Assembly (NCBI GenBank): GCA_035289425.1
Contig: DATDXC010000038.1
Coordinates: 732 to 64,731 of the forward strand
Source of the DNA: Candidatus Nanoarchaeia archaeon
GTDB taxonomy: Archaea > Nanobdellota > Nanobdellia > Woesearchaeales > DATDXC01
DNA length: 64,000 nt
Direction: 5' to 3'
The notes below the pieces were generated by a model. The model was not told the DNA's origin. It ran no database searches and was given only the letters and a program-made list of their open reading frames with translations. A program made the translations under genes and the position numbers. This document shows, piece by piece, positions 56,050 through 64,000 of the stretch; the stretch's first letter is position 1; each line of letters begins with the position of its first letter.

Positions 56050-56402
56050 ACCATTCCCATGATGGCGCTATACCCTGCTGCAGGTTCGAGAGGGTTATCA
56101 CTTGCTATGACTCCTTCAGTCCTGAAGCCCTCTGCTGAATCAAAAATCTTACTGATATCCCGTACCTCTGCATTGTATCTTTTATTTTTTCTGTGGGGAA
56201 TAAGCGGCTTAAATGAGGTCCATTGTTCTTCATATAAATCAAGTACATGTTCTAAAAATACAACGGGATTGCTGGCCATAGCTTCAGCCACTAATGGATG
56301 GTCTTGGTATTCAGCTATAACTTCTCTTTGTTTCCTTTTTAGTACATTGAACTTTAATTTTTCTTTTTGTAGTTTCCGTAATCTGCTTACAAGAGTGGCC
56401 AT
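56013..56402 (-). CDS. hypothetical protein (possibly 5' part of a frameshifted gene)
   Basis: 129-aa ORF. Its last 12 codons are read from the same DNA as the first codons of the downstream ORF. Confidence 0.3.
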   Translation of the reverse strand: MATLVSRLRKLQKEKLKFNVLKRKQREVIAEYQDHPLVAEAMASNPVVFLEHVLDLYEEQWTSFKPLIPHRKNKRYNAEVRDISKIFDSAEGFRTEGVIASDNPLEPAAGYSAIMGMVWQGIAYGTGGI

Positions 56403-56481
56403 CCTAATTGAGAAGCAATATAACTTTAATAATCTTTCTTTCTAATAATCACTCTACAGTTATGACAGAATTCAGATCAAC

Positions 56482-57726
56482 CTACTTCAGCTTATTAAAA
56501 TCCAACGTAGCAAAATAATCTTCCACTGTTTCTGCTCTCCTGATTAGCTGCAAGGACCCATTTTCTCTCAGCAGGATTTCTGATGACCTTAGCTTGCCAT
56601 TGTAGTTGAAGCCCATCGCATGCCCATGTGCCCCTGTGTTGTGGATTAGCATAAGATCTCCTATTTCGATTACAGGCAGTTTTCGGTCTATTGCAAACTT
56701 GTCGTTGTTTTCGCACAATGAGCCAGTAACGTCATAGACATGAATCGGCTTTTTGTCTTCTTTTCCCAATACGGTGATATGGTGATATGCACCATACATA
56801 GCAGGTCGCATTAGATTTGCCATATTAGCATCTACGCCGACATAATCTTTGTATGTATGCTTCATATGGATTACTTTTGTGACTAACCAGCCATAGGGTC
56901 CTGTTATGACTCTGCCGCATTCCATGAATATCTTTAGGGGAGCTAAGTTATTCTTTTCAATAAGGCTTTGGTACAGTTTTTGTATTCCTTTGGCTATCTT
57001 TTCATAGGAAACTGGCCTTTCTTCTGGCTTGTACGGGATGCCAATGCCCCCTCCCAAGTTTACAAATTCCAACTTTATTCCTATTTCTTTGTTTATTTCT
57101 ACCGCTAACTCAAAGAGCATCTTAGCGGTTTCTATGAAATACTCTTCCTTAAGCTCGTTAGATACAACCATGGTGTGTAGCCCGAATCTTGTCACACCTT
57201 TCTGCTTGCAAATTTTGTATGCTTCTATCAGCTGCTTCCTGGTCAAACCATACTTAGCTTCTTTTGGGTCACCTATGATTACATTCCCCTTTCTTGCTGG
57301 GCCTGGATTGTATCTAAAGCTGATCAAATCAGGCAAGCCTGCATTTTTTTCCAGGAATTCAATATGGGAAATGTCGTCAAGGTTGATGATTGATCCCAGC
57401 TCTTTGGCTTTTACATATTCTTTTGCTGGTGTATCATTGGAAGAAAACATGATATTCTCTCCTCTGATGCCTACTTTCTCTGATAATATGAGTTCAGGCA
57501 ATGAACTGCAATCTGTACCAAAGCCTTCTTCCTTGAGAATCTTCAGGATGTATGGATTAGGTAATCCTTTTACTGCAAAGAATTCCTTGAATCCAGGTAA
57601 GATAGAGAATGCTTTCTTGAATCGCCTGGCGTTTTCTCTAATCTGAGCTTCATCGTAAAGATGAAACGGTGTCGGAAATTTCTTCAATGCTTCCCTTACG
57701 GCTTTTGTCGGAATGTTTAGGTTCAT
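56482..57726 (-). CDS. lysA: diaminopimelate decarboxylase (Orn/DAP/Arg decarboxylase fold)
   Basis: PLP-lysine motif FFAVKGLPNP. Gly-rich VNLGGGIGIPY. Fold III decarboxylase length. Lysine-pathway neighbours. Confidence 0.75.
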   Translation of the reverse strand: MNLNIPTKAVREALKKFPTPFHLYDEAQIRENARRFKKAFSILPGFKEFFAVKGLPNPYILKILKEEGFGTDCSSLPELILSEKVGIRGENIMFSSNDTPAKEYVKAKELGSIINLDDISHIEFLEKNAGLPDLISFRYNPGPARKGNVIIGDPKEAKYGLTRKQLIEAYKICKQKGVTRFGLHTMVVSNELKEEYFIETAKMLFELAVEINKEIGIKLEFVNLGGGIGIPYKPEERPVSYEKIAKGIQKLYQSLIEKNNLAPLKIFMECGRVITGPYGWLVTKVIHMKHTYKDYVGVDANMANLMRPAMYGAYHHITVLGKEDKKPIHVYDVTGSLCENNDKFAIDRKLPVIEIGDLMLIHNTGAHGHAMGFNYNGKLRSSEILLRENGSLQLIRRAETVEDYFATLDFNKLK

Positions 57727-57772
57727 TTTTTAAATCAATATCATCAAAAATTTCTCTCCAAGAAATTTTTGG

Positions 57773-57964
57773 TTACTGCTGGGATGCCTGTTTCCCATTT
57801 ATGCCCCAATTCTTCTTGTCAATATCATAAATTATTACTGTTGTCTGGTCTTTGGGGACTCCTTGCTTTTCGAACACTTTTGTTATATCCTTGATTATCT
57901 CTGCTTTCTGGTCATCTGATCTTCCTGACCACATCTTGATTTCTACCACTGGCATAGCAATCAC
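57773..57964 (-). CDS. 4-oxalocrotonate tautomerase-family protein
   Basis: 63 aa. N-terminal MPVVEIKMW (Pro1 tautomerase signature). Confidence 0.7.
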   Translation of the reverse strand: MIAMPVVEIKMWSGRSDDQKAEIIKDITKVFEKQGVPKDQTTVIIYDIDKKNWGINGKQASQQ

Positions 57965-58000
57965 CTCGTTAACTTACGGATGGATTCTTTATAAATTTTC

Positions 58001-58879
58001 CTACAGAAATTTCAGGTCTTTCAAAACCTGCTTTAGTTTAGCCTTATGGGCAGGTTCCATTTCACACATCGGCAGCCGGTAGACTTCCTTGCACATGCCT
58101 TTCATGGCTAACGCTGCTTTTATGGGGATAGGATTTGTTTCTATGAATTCCACTTCAAACAATGGCGCCAATTCAGCGTTTAGCTTTTCTGCTTCTTCCA
58201 TATCCCCCTCTAAAGCTGCTTTAACCATCGCTGACATCCTGTCTGGAACTATGTTAGCTGCAACTGAGATAACTCCCTGGCCGCCATTTTTGATCACTTC
58301 CAATGTGATTCCATCATCACCGGACAGCACTGAGAATCCTTCTGGCCTTTGCGCAAGGACATCTTTTATCTGGTTCATGTCCCCTGAAGCTTCCTTGACT
58401 GCAACGATATTCTTGCAGTCATTCGCCAGCTTCATCAATGTATCAGTGTTAACATTTACACCGGTCCTGCCCTTGATATTGTAGACTATGCAGGGAAAGT
58501 CTACCGCATCAGCTATGGCTTTGAAATGCAGATACAACCCTTTCTGCGTTGGCTTGTTATAGTAAGGATTCACCAGCAGGCAGCCGTCAGCGCCTGCTTC
58601 CTCTGCGTGCTTCGTCAGCCTAATAGCTTCTGCAGTTGCATTTGAGCCGGTCCCTGCTATGACCGGCACTCTTTTATTGACCTGCTTGATTGTAAGCTCA
58701 ATGACCCGGTCATGTTCATCATGATCCAATGTAGGAGATTCTCCGGTAGTCCCGCACGGTACAATCCCCGAAACATTGTTTTTTATATTGAAGTCTATCA
58801 ATCTCTTCAAAGCTGGTTCGTCAATGCTCCCATCATTATTGAATGGGGTAATTATTGCTGTGTAAACTCCTCCAACCAT
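58001..58879 (-). CDS. dapA: 4-hydroxy-tetrahydrodipicolinate synthase
   Basis: PCGTTGESPTL. Length 292 aa. Typical DapA/NAL family motifs. Confidence 0.85.
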   Translation of the reverse strand: MVGGVYTAIITPFNNDGSIDEPALKRLIDFNIKNNVSGIVPCGTTGESPTLDHDEHDRVIELTIKQVNKRVPVIAGTGSNATAEAIRLTKHAEEAGADGCLLVNPYYNKPTQKGLYLHFKAIADAVDFPCIVYNIKGRTGVNVNTDTLMKLANDCKNIVAVKEASGDMNQIKDVLAQRPEGFSVLSGDDGITLEVIKNGGQGVISVAANIVPDRMSAMVKAALEGDMEEAEKLNAELAPLFEVEFIETNPIPIKAALAMKGMCKEVYRLPMCEMEPAHKAKLKQVLKDLKFL

Positions 58880-58883
58880 GGTA

Positions 58884-59588
58884 TCACCCGATTACGTCTT
58901 TCATTAAATCTTCTATGGTAAAGAACCCATTCTTGTCAACTATCCACTCAGCGGCGATGACTGCACCTTCTGCAAATCCCTCGCGGTTTTTAGCCTCATG
59001 CTCAAGCTTGATCCTGTCTGCACCTGACTCAAAGGTGACGGTATGTGTGCCAGGGACCTCTCCTTCTCTGATGCTCTTGATATCAACATCATCTATCCTG
59101 CCTATATGTTTTTTTATGATCTCTGCAATCTTCTTTGCAGTCCCCGAAGGAGCATCTTTTTTATGAATGTGGTGGATCTCGGTCATTGCAACACCGTACG
59201 CATCAACGTTTTTCATCAGTTTTGAAATATGTTTTATCGATTCGAAAAATATATTGACACCTATCGAAAAGTTAGGGGAGTAGATAAATCCGATGTCGTT
59301 CTGCTCCACTATCCTCTTTACTTCAGCCATCTGGTCGTACCATCCGGTAGTTCCTACCACAATATCTTTCTTCAGTTCTGCTATTTTCTTAATGTTCGAT
59401 ACTGCAACTTCCGGTGCGGTGAATTCTATGCATACATCCACATCTTCCAATGCCTCTCTGGAAATCTCCTTGTGGGTTGCATCCGGAGCAGCAGGGTCTA
59501 TCTTGACTGTTACGGTGAGACCTCTCTCTACCGCAACCTTCTCAATTGTATGGCCCATCTTACCATAGCCTATTATTGCAATGTCCAT
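58884..59588 (-). CDS. dapB: 4-hydroxy-tetrahydrodipicolinate reductase
   Basis: MDIAIIGYGKMGHTI Rossmann N-terminus. DapB-length 234 aa. Immediately downstream of dapA. Confidence 0.8.
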   Translation of the reverse strand: MDIAIIGYGKMGHTIEKVAVERGLTVTVKIDPAAPDATHKEISREALEDVDVCIEFTAPEVAVSNIKKIAELKKDIVVGTTGWYDQMAEVKRIVEQNDIGFIYSPNFSIGVNIFFESIKHISKLMKNVDAYGVAMTEIHHIHKKDAPSGTAKKIAEIIKKHIGRIDDVDIKSIREGEVPGTHTVTFESGADRIKLEHEAKNREGFAEGAVIAAEWIVDKNGFFTIEDLMKDVIG

Positions 59589-59811
59589 ATACCTAAACCA
59601 AAAGGCTTATATATTATTTAAACGTTCTGTTCATATAGTAACAAATTGTAAAAATAGAGATTTGACAAACTTTTGGTGTAAAAACAACAATCTCAACAAA
59701 ATTTCCGTAGAACGGAAATTTTGGGATTTGGCGTCATGACTTGTCCAATCAGCTTTTTGTCGGGAGACAAAAAGCGCAGTCTATTGGATTACAACAAAAA
59801 ATGGAATTTAA

Positions 59812-60465
59812 ATGGTAACCGTTAGCCATCTTGTAAAACATTTTATCCAGGGAAGACCTTTTTTGCAGGAAGCATTAGGCAATAAGCTCATCAGTTATGG
59901 GAATCTTGCAGAGCAGATGAAGGCTGGCATAGAGAAAGACCTGGACAAACAGGTCAAGCATTCTGCGATTGTGATGGCTTTGCGCAGGTATTCTGATGAA
60001 CTTGAGGATGAGCAGAGCAGAGTGAAGCCTTTTAACTATAAGTCTGAGATAATCATGAAGACTAATATCTGCGATATCTGCGTACTGCGAAAGCCAGGCC
60101 TGCTTACCAAGCTGAAATCTCTGTATGAAATGGTTGATTTCGACAAAGGGGATACGTTGAACATAATATTGGGCAATTTCGAAGTTAGCATAGTAACGAA
60201 CGAGAAATACAAGGACAAGGTCTTGCAGTTTTTGAAATCAGAGAAAATACTGAATAAGGAAAGCAACTTGGTTGCGTTGACTATGCGCTTCTCTGATGAT
60301 TTTATCCATACACCCGGTGTGGTCTTTTCAGTCATACGCAAGCTGGCTTGGGAGAATATCAACCTGTTTGAGATTGTGTCAACACTTTCTGAGCTGACAC
60401 TCATCTTGAAGAAGGATGATGCGATCCGGGCGTATGATACCCTGCAGAAGCTGATGGAGAGTTAA
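59812..60465 (+). CDS. hypothetical protein, possible ACT-like regulatory domain protein
   Basis: 217-aa ORF, divergent from dapB. Weak resemblance to ACT-type ligand-binding folds; no catalytic motifs. Confidence 0.3.
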   Translation: MVTVSHLVKHFIQGRPFLQEALGNKLISYGNLAEQMKAGIEKDLDKQVKHSAIVMALRRYSDELEDEQSRVKPFNYKSEIIMKTNICDICVLRKPGLLTKLKSLYEMVDFDKGDTLNIILGNFEVSIVTNEKYKDKVLQFLKSEKILNKESNLVALTMRFSDDFIHTPGVVFSVIRKLAWENINLFEIVSTLSELTLILKKDDAIRAYDTLQKLMES

Positions 60466-60467
60466 TA

Positions 60468-60944
60468 TTAATATAAAGGAATTTTTAGTGCTTTTTTTTC
60501 AAGTCCACTTGGGAACGGAACAGGCCCCAATCCATTATTTCTTCTATACTGACCGTAAACTCTTCGTAGGTATCCTGTAAGGTTTCTTTGGGCAAAACTT
60601 TCTCTGACAACGGTTTCTGTCGGCACCAAGCATGCATCATCCAAAGTTGCAGTGCTTCCCTTCCTTCCGATATAAGAAATAGTTTCTGAACGAATCAGAT
60701 AAAAATCTATCCCTTCAAATAACGCCCCTTTACCGGATAAAACAGGAAACTTTGCCATATCCACATGCATTATTGCAGCATAAGCCCTTATCTTTGACTC
60801 TCCCAATGCATCTTGTTGTCCTGTTTCATACATGGAGACAGCACTTTGCGTAGCTCTAATTTGTGTTGCAATCTTAGTTTGAGATATTCTTCTTCCCTTT
60901 CTCAATCCCCGCAGATGTTTGTAAAGGGGCAGTTCTGTTGTCAT
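60468..60944 (-). CDS. XRE-family helix-turn-helix protein
   Basis: Cro/C1-type HTH ISQTKIATQIRATQSAVSMYETG near the N-terminus. 158 aa. Confidence 0.55.
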   Translation of the reverse strand: MTTELPLYKHLRGLRKGRRISQTKIATQIRATQSAVSMYETGQQDALGESKIRAYAAIMHVDMAKFPVLSGKGALFEGIDFYLIRSETISYIGRKGSTATLDDACLVPTETVVRESFAQRNLTGYLRRVYGQYRRNNGLGPVPFPSGLEKKALKIPLY

Positions 60945-60989
60945 TAATAAGTAGAGAAATATAACTCATTTATAAGCTTAACTAAAAAA

Positions 60990-61064
60990 CGGGCCCAACG
61001 AGATTCGAACTCGCGGCATCTTGCTTAAGAGGCAAGCGCTCTAACCAGGCTGAGCTATGGGCCC
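60990..61064 (-). tRNA. tRNA-Lys (anticodon CUU)
   Basis: The reverse complement folds as a cloverleaf: 7-bp acceptor GGGCCCA/TGGGCCC, D-arm GCTC...GAGC, anticodon stem CTTGC/GCAAG with loop CTCTTAA, T-loop TTCGAAT. No encoded CCA. Oligo-T follows on the coding strand. Confidence 0.9.
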
Positions 61065-61102
61065 ATCAGAAGGCAGTTTTACGTTTTGTTTTATAAAACT
61101 TA

Positions 61103-61441
61103 TCACACCATCTTCAATTTTCCCGTTACCTTGTCAATCTTTTCCTCTTTGTCGGGACCAATACCTAAACAGGTTACGGTTCCTGGCTCAACTACGGTAT
61201 GACCGGCATCGGTAATCAGGGAAGTAACTAAGCCAGCATCTTCTGCATGCTGCTTGTACCTGAGCAGTTCCTCCTCATCCTCAACTTTAAGCACAATCTT
61301 CTTCTGGCCTTCTGAATGCCATCTAGAAACATCGTCCTTGTGGGATTTTATCATTGCCCCTACTGAAGCGTGCGCCACCTGCGCAGCCATCTTTCCTTTG
61401 GGGAGCTTAAGATCATGCCTTACTAAGATAACCTGTTTCAT
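61103..61441 (-). CDS. pth2: peptidyl-tRNA hydrolase, archaeal/eukaryotic PTH2 type
   Basis: 112 aa. MKQVILVRHDLKLPKGKMAAQVAHASVGA...LITDAGHTVVEPGTVTCLGIGP matches the PTH2 family. Confidence 0.85.
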   Translation of the reverse strand: MKQVILVRHDLKLPKGKMAAQVAHASVGAMIKSHKDDVSRWHSEGQKKIVLKVEDEEELLRYKQHAEDAGLVTSLITDAGHTVVEPGTVTCLGIGPDKEEKIDKVTGKLKMV

Positions 61442-61508
61442 AAAACGTCCTTTTTTCCCTGTTTATTTAAACTTTACCAAAACATATTTATAGTACTCAG
61501 GTTGAGGA

Positions 61509-63155
61509 TTGGATATGGCCATGCCGGGTTTTGAGCGGAGAATTTCTGAGTATGAACAGCTGGCTGAAGCGTTGGAGCAAAAAAGATTTACTGCTCTTGA
61601 GGAACTCCGCGTGAGGAATTTCGCTACTGACTCAATTAAAGCTGTTATCGGGGAGGAACTCCATCTTGTTGAGGACATTCGATTAGAGGTTAAGCAATTA
61701 TACAGAGTTCTCGAAGCTCGCATTACCGAGCGTTCACACCGGGATCTGGATTCTCCTGCTATGCTGCATTTGAGCACTTACTTGTTGGCATTGCGGGATT
61801 TGCTCAGGCAGCTTAGGGATGTACTGCGTTCTGAACTCGTATTGCTTACTCATGGGCACATAGGGTATTTCTGGGAGCTTTTACCTAATGAGGAAACTAT
61901 CAGGAAGGCGATCATCAGCAAAGTGGCAAGCAAAGAATACGCAATCCGCAAACATGGACTTGAAATAGGACATGAACAAAGAATGCTGAATGTCATAACA
62001 CGCTACCGGGCGCCACTCTCTTTTGCAGTTGCCTTCCTATTAATCCTGTTCTCATCGACCAATTCGCTTGGTCAAAATGAGTACATAACAAGAAGTGGAG
62101 ATACTTTGTCTGGCCTGGGCAGGAAGTTTAATGTAGCCTATGAGCTAATAGCTCGAGAAAACAATCTTGATCCCCAAGGTATTTTACCGACCGGTATAGT
62201 ATTAAAGATACCCAAAGCTGGCGATAAGCCACCTATCCAGCGGACTAAGGCATGGTATGAGGTACATAAGGGAGATACCTTATACGGAATTGCCCAACGA
62301 TTTAGCATGACTGTCGATGAATTGAAGCAGATTAACAGTATTCGAGGAGATACTATCTTAGTTGGACAGAGGATTTACGTATTGGTTGCCGAACCTGTTG
62401 CACAAGCTGCTCCACCGCAGCCTCCTGTTCGGCAAGGCAATCCAGCTAAGCTACAGTTTCATTCGGTTGCGAAGGGAGACACCTTTAACAGCATAGCCTC
62501 CCATTATGGTATACCTCCCCAGCTTTTAGCTTCATTAAATCCAGGCATAACTGATTATACAAATCTCCTCTTGTTTACACGGATAAAAGTGCCAGATATC
62601 GGTGAACGGCCTCAGGTTGATGCATTCACCTGGCCGGGAGTTGATCGGATACATCTGACTGGAGGATGGCATGTAGCTGGTTCAAATGGTTCCATCAGGA
62701 ATATCCTCTATCATCTGTCTGATTCAGTATCATCAACCAATGGGCCAGGTGGAGAGCAGGAATTCTTCTTAGCAAACAACCCAAAAAGTTCTCATTATTT
62801 CATCTACATGGATGGAGAGGTTGTGCAGATCGTGAAGGAAAATATGGTGGCGAACCACTGCGCTGGCCATAATAGGGGCTCTATCGGCATTGAATGCGAA
62901 GGGAGGCTGACTGATGCTGAGGGAGGCGAGGTAACTTTAACGCCTATCCAGAGAAAAAAACTGGAAGAGTTGATTGCATACCTCCAGCAGAAGTATGGTG
63001 TGGATCCAAGCAATATCCTGCCCCATCACCATTTCAATAAAAATAAGGCGTGTCCTGGAAAGGCGAACATCCAATTAGTCAGTTCTGACCTTGACCAAAT
63101 GTATCCCCGTAGACTTCTTTATCCTCAGATAGCTAAAAATGTACCTTTTCAGTAG
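61509..63155 (+). CDS. membrane-anchored LysM x3 + N-acetylmuramoyl-L-alanine amidase (amidase_2/PGRP) domain protein
   Basis: N-terminal ~160-aa helical/coiled-coil region, then one TM (PLSFAVAFLLILFSS), then three LysM motifs (YITRSGDTLSGLG..., YEVHKGDTLYGIAQ..., HSVAKGDTFNSIAS...), then an amidase_2 domain (HCAGHNRGSIGIECEG ... HHHFNKNKACPG). Confidence 0.8.
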   Translation: MDMAMPGFERRISEYEQLAEALEQKRFTALEELRVRNFATDSIKAVIGEELHLVEDIRLEVKQLYRVLEARITERSHRDLDSPAMLHLSTYLLALRDLLRQLRDVLRSELVLLTHGHIGYFWELLPNEETIRKAIISKVASKEYAIRKHGLEIGHEQRMLNVITRYRAPLSFAVAFLLILFSSTNSLGQNEYITRSGDTLSGLGRKFNVAYELIARENNLDPQGILPTGIVLKIPKAGDKPPIQRTKAWYEVHKGDTLYGIAQRFSMTVDELKQINSIRGDTILVGQRIYVLVAEPVAQAAPPQPPVRQGNPAKLQFHSVAKGDTFNSIASHYGIPPQLLASLNPGITDYTNLLLFTRIKVPDIGERPQVDAFTWPGVDRIHLTGGWHVAGSNGSIRNILYHLSDSVSSTNGPGGEQEFFLANNPKSSHYFIYMDGEVVQIVKENMVANHCAGHNRGSIGIECEGRLTDAEGGEVTLTPIQRKKLEELIAYLQQKYGVDPSNILPHHHFNKNKACPGKANIQLVSSDLDQMYPRRLLYPQIAKNVPFQ

Positions 63156-63377
63156 TAAAAAATAGAAACATTTATATACTAGATATGTGCTACTATATGG
63201 TAGTAAAGAGATATTCTCTTTGCCCAGGTTAATAATCCCCCTCTTTGATTTTTCTCCTGGGCTTTTTTCTTCTATACACTGTTTCTTGTTAATGTGCGCC
63301 ATTGTTGTTGATTAAGTCCGCCTATACCTTGTCTGATTCAAGTAAGTTATTTAAATGAAGCCATTTTCTTCCATAGC

Positions 63378-64000
63378 ATGATCAAAGCGATTCTTTTCGA
63401 CTTGGACAACACTCTCATCGATTTCATGAAGATGAAGAAACTAAGTTGTGAGGCTGCAATCGACTCTATGATCGATGCAGGTCTTCACGTGAAGAAGGAT
63501 GCTGCTCTTAAGATCCTTTTTGAGTTGTATGACGAGCATGGTATGGAAGATCCCAAGATATTCCAGAAATTTCTGATCAAGGTAATCGGCAAGGTCGATT
63601 ACCGGATCTTAGCTTACGGGGTTGTAGCATATCGGAAGATGCGGACTGGGTTTTTGGAACCATACCCCCATACCCAATATACCCTTCTCCAGCTGAAGGG
63701 CAAAGGACTGAAGTTAGGCATTGTTACGGATGCGCCAAGGCTCAAGGCATGGTTACGTCTCGCTTCGATGAAGATAGCTGACTTCTTTGACGTTGTTGTT
63801 ACTTATGAGGATACTGGTAGACTAAAGCCCCATAGGCTGCCTTTTATGGCTGCACTTAAGAAACTGAATGTCCAGCCAGAAGAGTGCCTGATGGTAGGGG
63901 ACATGCCTCAGCGGGACATCAAAGGGGCACAAGAGCTTGGAATCAAGACCTGCTTTGCACGATATGGGAATACCCGCGGCCAGGAAACCGAAGCTGATAT
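63378..64000 (+). CDS. HAD-superfamily hydrolase, 3' end outside window
   Basis: MIKAILFDLDNTLID (DxDxT motif I). GIVTDAPR. VGDMPQRDIKGAQELG (motif IV). Open to the end of the window. Confidence 0.65.
   Translation, partial: MIKAILFDLDNTLIDFMKMKKLSCEAAIDSMIDAGLHVKKDAALKILFELYDEHGMEDPKIFQKFLIKVIGKVDYRILAYGVVAYRKMRTGFLEPYPHTQYTLLQLKGKGLKLGIVTDAPRLKAWLRLASMKIADFFDVVVTYEDTGRLKPHRLPFMAALKKLNVQPEECLMVGDMPQRDIKGAQELGIKTCFARYGNTRGQETEAD

Noticed and set aside
1-64000. CRISPR arrays, rRNA genes, integrase-bounded prophage
   Set aside because: I scanned for regularly spaced direct repeats and for rRNA-like conserved stretches and saw none. The only tRNA (60990-61064) has no adjacent integrase or attachment-site-like duplication.

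Overview
This window reads as an archaeal chromosomal segment; GC looks like the low-to-mid 40s % by eye, with frequent GGTGA-type ribosome-binding sites. The archaeal call rests on class-III (prepilin-type) signal peptides with Gln at +1, a FlaI/GspE-type ATPase, an archaeal-type peptidyl-tRNA hydrolase Pth2, a class-I LysRS, and a CCA-less tRNA followed by an oligo-T tract.

Three blocks:

(1) Positions 1-13.65 kb hold a complete Epd/Tad-like type IV pilus locus. It comprises a KaiC-like protein (5' end outside the window), two TadB/TadC-like platform proteins, a FlaI/TadA ATPase, a polytopic membrane protein with a C-terminal winged-helix domain, and an overlapping operon of five minor pilin-like genes. 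One of these is a 1619-aa pilin-anchored adhesin carrying a von Willebrand factor A (vWA) domain split by about 750 aa of inserted domains. A separately transcribed major pilin gene follows. A 165-bp MITE with 9-bp target-site duplications sits exactly at the stop codon of the last minor pilin, between that operon and the major pilin promoter.

(2) Positions 13.65-35.4 kb hold an aspartate-semialdehyde dehydrogenase gene and then a large pentose/hexuronate catabolic cluster. The cluster includes a PfkB kinase, two Gfo/Idh/MocA oxidoreductases, a cupin, an FGGY kinase, a class-I xylose-isomerase-like gene, an unusual 540-aa XI-like TIM-barrel protein, L-arabinose isomerase, two SDRs, a UxaA-type dehydratase and an amidohydrolase-2 lactonase. 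Two accessory islands interrupt it: a HEPN-MNT toxin-antitoxin pair plus a DUF2080-like gene and an IS66-family transposase; and an AbiEi/AbiEii pair. A conserved ~30-nt motif, TGTCAC-N6-GTGACA followed by an A-run, occurs three times at island/operon boundaries. It resembles the Thermococcales TrmB operator, and a TrmB-family regulator is encoded in the window.

(3) Positions 35.7-64 kb are housekeeping with a lysine theme. They carry hom, lysC, a class-I lysK, tRNA-Lys(CUU), dapL-like, lysA, dapA and dapB, plus ftsZ with three small downstream genes. They also carry a histone-deacetylase-family gene, gdhA, an ispH homologue (unexpected in an archaeon), a split glutamate synthase and pth2. 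The block further holds a membrane-anchored LysM x3 + amidase_2 (peptidoglycan amidase-like) protein, a RelE/RHH pair and the 5' part of a HAD hydrolase.

No CRISPR array or rRNA was seen.
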